This document shows, one piece after another, positions 12,808 to 24,400 of a stretch of DNA of 64,000 nucleotides. Under the pieces are notes generated by a model. The model was given only the letters and a program-made list of their open reading frames with translations, was not told where the DNA came from and did not search any database. The stretch comes from Adineta vaga (taxonomy: Eukaryota > Animalia > Rotifera): NCBI GenBank assembly GCA_021613535.1, contig CP075497.1:9920001-9984000 (forward strand). Direction: 5' to 3'. Every line of letters begins with the position of its first letter. Position 1 is the first letter of the stretch. Made by a program: the position numbers and the translations under genes.

Positions 12808-15800
12808 GTCTTATTTTTGTTGTTTACGACTTCTTCGAAGATTCGTTATCATATATTTCATAGCTTTTTCTTCTACTCTTATCAGTATGTAAAAGTCGAG
12901 TAGGAGTGACTTTCGGATTCGTATATGAGTAACACGAATGACAAAATAGAAATAAATGAAACAAATCAGACGACAATTTACATAAAGATACTACGCAAAC
13001 TGAAAATCACTATGAAATAAAGATAAGCATACAATATAATTAGCTTTCGTATTTAAATAGTCAAACTGTGAATTGAAGAATTCAAATTTTTTCATGAAAG
13101 ACATAGATCATTAAAGAATCTCTAAGTAGAATTTAAATAATCGATGTATAAACTTTACTAGTTGGGAAAAGTATATTTACAGTCACGTCATCACTAGGGA
13201 ATATGAAAGAACCTACTACGATAATGTTACTGAAAAAACAATACACGAACTAGGGAAGATTTACACAATGAGTACGTTACGATGCATAACTCAGTCTTTC
13301 AGAATACCACTCGATATGAATTCGAATAGATACGCATTCAAAACGGGATTCTAACTTTAACGCATCTACGGTCTTTTTTTCAGATCCTGAACAAGATTGC
13401 TTTGGTTATGTGCAGAAAAATAAAGATGAATGATCATTTTTTTGGGGTCCGTTTTTAAATACGCGAAGAAATTCAACTAATTAATATTATAACAATGGTT
13501 GCATATCTATTTCAAATGAAATTATTTTCAAGCCCATAATACAATGAACATCACGATAACATCGTCTGTTATATTAATTGACTTCATAAGTCAATGTGAA
13601 ATATTTTTATTACGTTTCAATTCAAAGTTTGGTAAAATAGCGATAGAATACAAAATACTTCTACTTTTTTTATTAAAATGAGATCCTTAATTGCTTCTAA
13701 ACTGAGTTTTGTCAATTTAGATTTTAAAAAAGAAATTTTTCATATATAACTGGAAGTAATTATCAAGAGTATATATATTTTCTCAATTGTTCACGTTAAA
13801 TATAAATTACTATCGTTCTTTCCGTGCATGGAATTGAGATGAGAATACAATTTGTACTGAAAATGAGGTTCATATTTCTTTTTTTACATAACATCATTCT
13901 CCGGAAAATAGTATTATAGATTGTTGAATAAAAAATGGACTTTTTTAAGGACACCTAGAATGAATATTTGACGAAGATGACAAAAGCACATGACCATGTA
14001 AATATTACTCTATGAAAAGTGCATTTTTCTTGTTTGATTTGATATTCAATAAAGATTCTATTGGACTATCCAAAGCTTAAGTAAAGAAAATCATGTTTGA
14101 CAAATAAGATTCAATTTCATTCTCTTCCTAATCCTCATCTTTTGAATTGAAATCTATTTTTAAAAGAATTCGAAAACAATATTTTTCGTCAACATATTGT
14201 AACATTATCCGAAGATTTTACTTTTCATAAAGAAATCTCACAAAATTTGAATTTTTTATTCAAAAAAAACGTTTTCAGAGTTTCATCAATTATTATTATA
14301 TCTCTCTACATATAAAACTGCACGTTTTTGGAGGAAAAAAAATCAATTTGCATGAATAATTTATTTTGTTCGTTTGTTTGTCGAGCGATCGAATTTCTTT
14401 TTTCTATTTTGCAAATAGATATCCTTTTAACTGATATTTGACCCAACTGCTTAACATAAAAGAACAACCCACAATATACGTCACCAAATATGTCCTCTAG
14501 CAAGAAATTTTAACATATGGAAATAGTAAGCAATCCATTTAGCATTTAGTTTTCTTAGAAATCAATTTTGTTATTACTCATTTCATTGTCGTTTATTTGC
14601 AGTTTAAAATATTAACATTTGTTCGTTGAATAGAAGAAGAAGAAAAAAAACCACCAAATCCTAAGTACATAAATGTGAACTTTAACATAGCATTTAAAAT
14701 AAGAACAGGTCAAAGATGTCTATGTTTCAATTTAAACTATCACATAAAATAAAAGTAAAATGTCAATGATATTAATTCTCAATGTATAAGAAATAGAGTA
14801 ATTTCATATTTGCTATGTCAGTTATTCCGAAGAATCTTTTTTCTAGAATATTGATTTTATTTGCTAAAAAAATAGACGTCCGTTTTTATTGACATAGAAT
14901 ATTTCATATGCAAGAATAAAAAAAAAGAAAGAAAGAACTGTTTAAATTGTTTAGTAGTTTACTGTCATCTAACAAATATTTATATCTGAAGAATTGATTA
15001 AAATATACAATGATCAATCGTGATCGTATGAATAAATAATTTGTGAAGCTGTTAAAAATTTGCTTTTGCTTCTCTTTGGATACATCAAACCTTGATTTTT
15101 TTTTATACTACTTGAAAATAAAAATGCAAATTTCACTCCAAATTAGTTTCTAAGATTTCAATTACAAAAAAAATCCTTTTTTTCCATTGAATTTGACATT
15201 AAAAGTATCATTAGATCTAACGTTGAAATATAATTTATGAAGTAGACATATATAAGTTTATCTTTGATTCTAATCATAATAATCTTTTGATACTTTATCA
15301 TAATGTTCACTTTAGCTTGACAAGAACGTAAAAGAGAAGAGTGAGAGAGAGAGAAAATCACTTTATCGAATCTGACATAAAAGTCAACGTTATATTTTAT
15401 CGTGTTCGAATGCATTAATTTAATTGTAGAAAAGACAACAATCGACTTGACAATAATATTCTTAATAGTCTCCTGATGTTTATCATCTTGTCGTTCATTT
15501 TTCCTTCTCATCAATGCCGTACACTTGACATAAATCAATTGAAATAGAAAATAAACGAGAGAAAAGGATCTTTTAATTCAGATTAGTTATTCAAATTTAT
15601 ACATATTTAAAACACAAAAAAGAAAACGAGAGATTCAAAACAATGAATAAAACTGGCCTAAAACATAAAACAAATCTCTCTCTCTCTCTATCTCTATCTT
15701 TCACTCGCATAAAGATAATCAATTATACATTTGACACATAGCATTTGAAAAGAAAAGAATATTATAAACAGATAAAAACAAAACTGAACATACTTTTTTT

Positions 15801-15875
15801 TGTAAATTTTTTATCTTTAAATCTGACACACTTGAACAAAAAATATATAATAATAAAAAAAGAAAACAAAGCGAA

Positions 15876-17995
15876 TTAAGCCACAGAATTAACAAAAGCT
15901 CGTTTTGGTTCAGCTGTTTTATAGAAGACATTTTTCACAAGAATACACCGGGGACTTACGTATAATGGACTTCGTTCCTTGATTTGTTTGAACATTTTTA
16001 TCGATGGAAGAAAACGTCGTAAGGTAAAAACTTTTGTATCTTCATGAAGATCAATTTCAATTTCAAATGTTGTTTTTTGTTTTGGATTAATCTGTATAAT
16101 CGGTAAATATTTTGTGATTGTGCTTGTTAGATTGGGTGAAAGTAGAGTAAGTTTGATTTTGATTTGTGCACCCATAATGCCGAATGGTTCTTCGGCTGAC
16201 ATAATTAAACATTGTTTAGCAATATTTCGAATATGATTACATGGAATAAATAGATTGTCACATGATAAATGTTTGATTTTACTCTCACGTAATGTTGTTA
16301 ATAAACGTTTGGCTACGAGTGATAAATGTTCTTCTCGTAAATCAAGTTCAGGATCGTAATTAAATATAGAAGATTGTTGCTGAAGTATATTGATCATCGT
16401 TATTGAATCTGTAGAAAAGAAAATAATGAAATAGAAAAAGACATATAATTGAGAGGTATAAAGAGCACAATCACAATCGAATATAAAGCAATCTAAAGAG
16501 TTTTATAAGGTTTCCTGGCTTGCCTCTTCGCTCTCGACGTAACAAATGAAGCCTTGTCGAGACTAAATTACTAAAACAACACATAGTTCGATGTCGCTAT
16601 TACTCGCTTTCTTTCCTTCTTTCTCTTTTTCTCCGCCTCAATTGGCATCGTCATCGTTCGCGCGATATACATGGACACTTTTTTTCTTCTGCTTGATAAA
16701 ATCTTCTCCTCTTCAAAACTTAGTCAACAAGACATATTCGAAGGAGATTTTCAAGTGTACATATACAAATTCGTTCTTGATTATTTTCTTCTTTTTCAAT
16801 ATATAAAGAACACAAAATGAAAAGAGAATAATATGGATATGTTATGTTATGTTATGTTTTTCTCTCTGTCTATCGACTTCGACATGAATATTGATAAGAT
16901 TATAGATTCAATGAAAAACTAGTGAACTTAAATAAGTTAAACTCAATATGTTGTACTTGTGTCAAATGTTTTATTTCTCTTCGTAGGTTAGAAGGAGAAA
17001 AGCAATGACAGTTTGAATATTATTCTTCGATTGTCAGTCAGATGGTGTTACTATTCGAAGAGAAAACTAATGTTCATTGATCTTTTCTTGTCAATTTGAT
17101 GGATGGATCAAACAGACGAGCGGCGTATACATATACATATACAAAATGATGGTGTACAGTTGCTATTAAGAAAACAAATTCTCTCTTTCTATATATCTTT
17201 GGACGTGCGGTCTAGATCGTTTCTCTATCTCCCTCTTTTTTTTTACTCAGTTGCTTTGTTGATGATCGATATTTGTCTATACTATACATACATACACATA
17301 CATCTATAAATATCGTCAATGCCGCCATAGTTTTATATTAATAAGATTGACAACAATAGTAAAAAGAGAAGAAGAAAAAAAAGTGTACAGGGAAATATTT
17401 ACTGAAAGTAAATATTAAAGCTATTGCACTACGTTGATAAAACAATATAGGCAACACTGACTGGCTTTTTTTGTATGCTTACTGTATACGACGAAGTTTG
17501 CTTCTCTCGAGGTATCGCAGTAACAGAATCAATAATCAAATGAGAAAGAACACGCGTAAAAAGAGATAAAGATGATTAAGAACATTCTGTTCTCACACAT
17601 ATGCATATACAATCAGATTATATAAACAACAGATTGGATGGTTCTTTTCCTATCGATAAATAAAAACTTAACGTCTTCGTTCTCTTTTTACCTTGTTTAA
17701 ATGTTGTTGATTTTGAAATTTGTTTGAACAGATTCGTCATACGTTGTTTACAACGTTCTATCCAAGATAAATTTTCATTTAAATTGAAATGTGTTTGTCG
17801 ATCAAGTGTTTGATGATTTACAGGATTTTGATTTGAATATTGATCATTTGCTGAAGGAAGACCTGTTGTTGACGAACTTCGTCGTCCATTATATACACCA
17901 TCATGAGTATGAGAAGTAAAAGATAATGTTTCACATGTTGGATAAGAAGAATTTCGTCCAAAGGTTGTTGTAACAGTATTACTGATGGCTGACAT
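15876..17995 (-). CDS. DDIT4: DDIT4/REDD1 (scylla/charybde, RTP801_C domain) paralog A; exons 17995-17692 and 16408-15876
   Basis: LRESKIKHLSCDNLFIPCNHIRNIAKQCLIMSAEEPFGIMGAQI...TTFEIEIDLHED...VSPRCILVKNVFY follows the RTP801_C pattern. A phase-1 GT-AG intron joins the Ser/Thr-rich N-terminal exon in frame. Confidence 0.8.
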
Positions 17996-20636
17996 TACTT
18001 ACTTTCCTTTCTTTCGTCTTTCTTTTTTATTGATATATATTATACGAGTGATGACAATCAAGAAATAGTCTGAAATATTACATACAAAGAGAAAAAATTG
18101 TAAAGAGAGCAAGAAGAACAAGAAAAGGCCACGAAGAAAAAAGAGAGGAGAAAAAAAAGTAAATGAATAGGTATGGGATTAGTAGCTTTTATGTTAGAGA
18201 CAACAGCTGGTATATAGTATGACCATTTTTGTTAAATGTTCTTAACATTCGTTGACCCTATTTGAAAACTTTTAAAAATGATCTGACGTAATGCACTTAC
18301 TAATGGTACACGTTTTTTTCTAGCTTTTGAGAAAAAGTCGTTAAAAGAATAACTGACAAAATATTCTAGACGACTTACTATATACATATGACGTAAAAAA
18401 AGTATGCTTTTAGAATAACTATGCATGTTTTAAGTCATAGTAGACGTACGTCAAATATGAATACATTCCGATGGGTTCTACGCCTTAGTCATTTGCAGAC
18501 ATCATACGCGTCTATGTGTTATGAGTATCAGAAAATAGATAAGGAATGATGCCACTGTCACGTTTACAAAATGACTACATTTCTCGTATTTTTTATTCAT
18601 AGAAAAAGATATATTGCCTTTTTAAGTTCGGATCTATTTAACATAAATGGCCACTTTGACGCTGCTCAGCATGACCTTGTATTATTGAGTAGCATACGTG
18701 TCAGGCATTACTGACGCCAGAATGATTCCTGTCAGAGGAGGTTCTCAGTAATCAATCACGCTGTTCGATGTCGTCAGTAATCTTTTCTTTTTTCGCTCTA
18801 ACTCGTGTCTGTCCTTTGCTATCTAGATCAGCACAATTTTTTGCGTTTTCTCTCATTTATTCGTACAATGCGTATTTTTGCATCGATTTTTCTTCTCCTT
18901 CTCAGCACATCATTAAATACGGTTTCAGTAGTATAGAGTGTAGAGAAAAAAAGACGAAGCACAGAAGAAAAAAAGACACATGGAGACGTGCAATGTGTGC
19001 ACCATCACGACAGTTTACTTCCTCTCATTTACTGTATGTTTCTTACTCTTTTCCTTTCATTCTCTTTATCACTATCAATATCATGATGACCTTCTCTCCT
19101 ATCATCGCACGTTCGCACACAACACGATTTGAATCAATTCATTTCAATCTATTACCTACCTACTTGCCAATATCTAAGCACATATCGACACAGTAATTTC
19201 ATAAGTTAAGCGAAAAAAAAGAAAAATCGTTTGATATACTCAACCGATACTGAACTTCATCATTGATCATCGGCTTCATTTAACTAAGGTTATTACGTAC
19301 AAAATAACAGCAAGAAGAAAAATGAGAGTTTATACTCACAAAACCTTCGCCATTAACACATATGTTTATGTATATAGCAATGTATATGTACAAGCAAAGC
19401 AAAGCAGACCATATCGATAGTTCTTTCGTTCTTCCATCAGCTGGATGCCCGTCATTCTCTTATTTTCTCTTTAGACCGACACGCTACTACTTTTTCTCCC
19501 TCTCTCATCAACGCGCAAATTAACATATGTGTTTGCGTGTTGTTCGTTTCTTTGCACAGCGAGAATAAATCAGCTGTTTTATGCTTCACATTTGATTCTT
19601 ATCTGGTCAATAGTGAAGAACGAAAAAAAAGAAAAAAGACGAAAGAACAGGAAAAAAGAAAATTCATATATCGTGATTGTCAATATTTGCAGTTCACATA
19701 ACAACAATAGAACGTTTTAATTTCTCCGTGTCTGTAGCTTCGTTTCTTTTTCTTTTATTGCTTCTATCGGAAGACCGGCACAACCGTGTCTCTATAGATA
19801 TAGATTCACTTGAAAAGAACATATGTATGTGTAAGAACATCGCATTACAAAACAAGACAAACAACACATAAACATAGAATACATTGATAGATAGAGAGAT
19901 AGATATAAAGACATATATATATATACGTATAAGAAACAAAATGACACACGTTGTTCGAAGAATGAAGGAAATTGAATCAGAAAAATGCTTATGAGAATGG
20001 CAAAAAGACAATGAAGAAGAACATACAATACAGACGAAAGAAGGGAAGAAATGGCAGGTTTTTTTTTGATTCTTCAGATAATCACAACAACAAAAAATAG
20101 ATAATATAAATATAGGAAGTCTTATCTTGATTAATATTTAAATATTTTTACTTTTTTCTTAATAAGAAAAATTAGAGCGAAAAGAGAGAGAAAGAGAAAG
20201 AGAAAATGTGTGAATGAATAAGAAAAAAAAACAAACAAAAAATAGAAATAGAACAAAGGACATGGCGATGTAATGGATCATTCTCACAGTTAAACATAGA
20301 CAAAAAGAAGAAAAAAAAGAAAACAAATAGTGAAGAATAAATAGTTCTAATCGACACGGAAAAACACACACCCACACAAAAAGAAAGCATATGTATCATC
20401 GTCATCTGACTTAAACTAAAGGATTTTGACGACAAACAGATCTTGTCATAGAGATAAGAAAACAAATACATGATTTGCCTATTGTATGAACGAGACAACA
20501 ATAAACTATACGAATAAATATTGCCTACGTCGAAAGAAAAAAAAAGAAGAACAAGAAGAAAAGAAGAAGTAAAATCAGTCTTATTTCTTTTGTTGAATAC
20601 TTGAAGAGATTTCTTTTTTTTGTTCGATTAAATTTA

Positions 20637-21485
20637 TCAGGATGAATTTATAATAGCCCGTTTTGGTTCAGCTGTTTTATAGAAGACATTTTTCACAAGA
20701 ATACACCGGGGACTTACGTACAATGGACTTCGTTCCTTGATTTGCTGAAACATTTTTATCGATGGAAGAAAATGTCGTAAGGTAAAAACTTTTGTATCTT
20801 CATGAAGATCAATTTCAATTTCAAATGTTGTTTTTTGTTTTGGATTAATCTGTATAATCGGTAAATATTTTGTGATTGTGCTTGTTAGATTGGGTGAAAG
20901 TAGAGTAAGTTTGATTTTGATTTGTGCACCCATAATGCCGAATGGTTCTTCGGCTGACATAATTAAACATTGTTTAGCAATATTTCGAATATGATTACAT
21001 GGAATAAATAGATTGTCACATGATAAATGTTTGATTTTACTCTCACGTAATGTTGTTAATAAACGTTTGGCTACGAGTGATAAATGTTCTTCTCGTAAAT
21101 CAAGTTCAGGATCATAAATAAATGTTGATTGTTGATTTATATCCAATATATTATCTTGATTATTTATTGGATTTGTTCCATATGACATATGTTTGAACAA
21201 ATTAACCACACGAGATTTAATACGTTGAAGAAAATTTTTATTTTCTAAATTTGTTGAATGATGTGATGGGATCGTATTCGAACGTTGATCAACTTGATTT
21301 AAATATGTATGTAAAGTATTTGAAGATGAACTATATTTCTTTTGAAGTGAACTATTCATTGTTGATGACAATGTTCGTTGAGTTGGGCATGATGCATTAC
21401 GTGTAAATTGTGGATGACTGACAGAAACAATTGATGATGAACCAGCTGATTGTGTTTTTGTTGTTGACGACGTTGGTAATGCCAT
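20637..21485 (-). CDS. DDIT4: DDIT4/REDD1 (scylla/charybde) paralog B, single coding exon
   Basis: Continuous ORF with ATG at 21485, a Ser/Thr-rich N-terminus and an RTP801_C domain nearly identical to paralog A. Confidence 0.8.
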   Translation of the reverse strand: MALPTSSTTKTQSAGSSSIVSVSHPQFTRNASCPTQRTLSSTMNSSLQKKYSSSSNTLHTYLNQVDQRSNTIPSHHSTNLENKNFLQRIKSRVVNLFKHMSYGTNPINNQDNILDINQQSTFIYDPELDLREEHLSLVAKRLLTTLRESKIKHLSCDNLFIPCNHIRNIAKQCLIMSAEEPFGIMGAQIKIKLTLLSPNLTSTITKYLPIIQINPKQKTTFEIEIDLHEDTKVFTLRHFLPSIKMFQQIKERSPLYVSPRCILVKNVFYKTAEPKRAIINSS

Positions 21486-24400
21486 TATTGTCAATCTAGA
21501 ATAAAGAGATCATTTTACTGGTAATTCTATTCGATATATATGATCCGTTGTTTTTCCTTTTTTTTTTATTCTCTTCTTGTCGAGCTACCCGCCCACTTCT
21601 CCACTTCCGTCACCTGGTCTTCTCTCATTCGGTTCAATACACAAGATCATTAGAATTGAATCCCAATGTGCATATTCATAGATCTCTAGAGATTAGTGAG
21701 AAAAAAAGAAAAGATTGAATGCTGTCGAGTGTGTAACAGCTAAGAATAAAATAGTTAAAGACATGTCTATAAGTATGAAATAATATGAAAAAAGAAAGAA
21801 AACGAACAAGGCAACAGACTATCTTTAAGTATACTGAAGATGAATCATCTTCTTCTGTTAATTAAAATAGAAATGATGGTGTTATTAGAAAATATTCGAG
21901 GTATGAATATGTATTTTTCTTTTCTCTACTTGTTAGTCAATATCTAGAGACATACGCAACCGATAAACGAGAATGGTGAATGAGAAAAAAAAAATTTATT
22001 TCGACAAGTTAAAAATATCCAACAAGAGAAAAGCACCTGAAAATATGCATAACCTTCAGTTCGAAATTTTTTTTTCTTGCCTAATTGACGTGATCATTAC
22101 GAAAAAAAATTGTTTTTAATTAGACACTTTCTTTTCCAAGGAACTTTCTATTATAACTGATAGTCATCACTCGATATTTGAATACATTCATATCAAGTAG
22201 TGATGAATGAGAGATACATAGATCGATAAATGGAACCAAAGATTTTCAAGACTTACAGAAAAATGTATGTTTGTCACCGATAGAAAAGAGCTGAGCTGCT
22301 GGGATGTATGTATGTATGATGGTGTCGTCGTCGTCGTCGCACACTCGATCTGAACAAGAAATGCATCAGAGGAGGTCGTTATTCTCTCTTTTTCTCTCGT
22401 TTTTCTATAACGGTCGTTCTCTCATTCTCTCTCTCTCTTTTTTTTCTCTTGCGTTCTCTTCTATCGATTCTGTTAACACAGCTGATTGTCGAGCGAGAAA
22501 AGCAAGTACATTCATTATACATACACTGTTCGGCCGGGTCGAACATTACTTCTTTCTTCGTTTCTGTCTATATATGCAAGCAAAAACAGCTGCTATGGGT
22601 TCAATGATTGGTTACAATTTGACAGCTTCATCTGATGAAGAAAAGAACGAGGAGAGAGAGGGGAAAAAAAAGAGGAACGTAAGAAATTTTTCTCTTGCTT
22701 TGCTTTTTTTTTTGTTATAAGATTACCTCGCGCGTGTCGTTCATTACTCGAGGGTATGTGATATATGCTGTGCACGATAATGATGTGAAATCGGCACAAA
22801 AGATCTCTCGGGGTTGTCATCGATTGTGTGTGCTATAAAGGGATGAACGAAAAGCTCCCGGCTATCGATCACACATGTCTCATGAAGTGTTCATCATTAA
22901 AAAAAAAAAGAAGAGAGCTAACTTTTTTTTTCTTCTTTTTGTACGTTTGTATTGATGTGCTTGTTTAACTGTGTACTGTAGACGACGACGATGAAGAAGA
23001 AGAAGAAGAAAAACTCATTATCACTCTCTTTACAAGAATGACGAAAGGCGAGAACAACTGCAGCTGATATTAGCCAGATTTTTCTCTTATATTTTCTGAC
23101 AACGAACAAATTGATCACAGAACATCTATCAAACATAGCGCAAACGGATCTTTTTCTCTTTTTTGGCTTGCTTGTTCTCAGCTGGAGTATATATACATAT
23201 ATATACACTATACAGGCCATTTGTATACGAGAGAAACCATCATTATCCATGTTATGTGAGCAGCGCACAGCTGGACGGTCGAGTCGATTTATAAACATAT
23301 ATACACTATTCGTCATCTGATCCGATCTCCAGATGATGACGAAAAGTTTCATTTCTCGAAGATCTGATTTCTTTTTCTTTTTTCTTCTTCTTCTTCTTCT
23401 TCTTCTTCTTCTTTATAATGTCGATCTATCTCTAATGAATTGAACAAGCGAGTACGTGCTTATTCTCTATTCAATTACCCTTGCTGCTGAGGGTTTCTTA
23501 CTGTTCTTATCGCACTTGCATTATTGGTCTCATCATGTCTGTTTGCTAATGATTCTCTCTCTCTCGCCCTTCCTTTCCCTTTTTTGGTCGGGGTTTTTTT
23601 GCTTTGCTTGTTAGAAGAAAATAAAGATATATAATATATATATACATACACATACATCGAACCCTTTACGAACATCACCTGTCATCAATGCACAGGTAGA
23701 TTGCTGACTGACAGCTAATTGAATGAGGAAAAAAAGAAAAAAAATCAACGAGACGTTCGTTTGTCTCTTGTGAACAGAAAACCTATTCATGATTCGATTA
23801 CTCTATTTTTATCTATAGAAGATTGAATCAGCATCGCCTGACAGCACATTCGCATTCTATCTATTGCTGTTAGTTATTGTCGAGATGGGACGTGGGTGTG
23901 TGTGTGTGTGTATAGATGAAAAAAGAAGAGCAAAAAGATGAGTTGTGTATTGCATGCTCGATCAAGATAGCATCTTCTCACGTGTACGTGTAGCTTTTCA
24001 TTCATCATCATAATCTTTTCGTTGTGTACACATATCAAGATGGTGTATAGTATATTTATTCGACACAAAGAAATCTAACATTTTTATGTGAAGACAAAAA
24101 TCGACAAGAAGAGACGATCAATCTCTCGACAAAATGTTCGTCAAGTTTATGTGAAATAGAAAGAGTTTACTTGTAGTCATTTAGGAAAAGGTCATGATCA
24201 AGATAAAAAAATTGAGACCTACAGTCGACTGATGATAGAGTAATCTTTACAGTTCCTTGCCTATATAAGAGATGGAATTATGGCCTAAAGAAATGACATG
24301 AATGATTTAAGCAAATACTTGAAATAAGCTCTTTGATTAATTTCTGCCGAAGGATAACAAATCAAATAATCAGAGACAAGGCGTCAGAATCAATTTGTTC

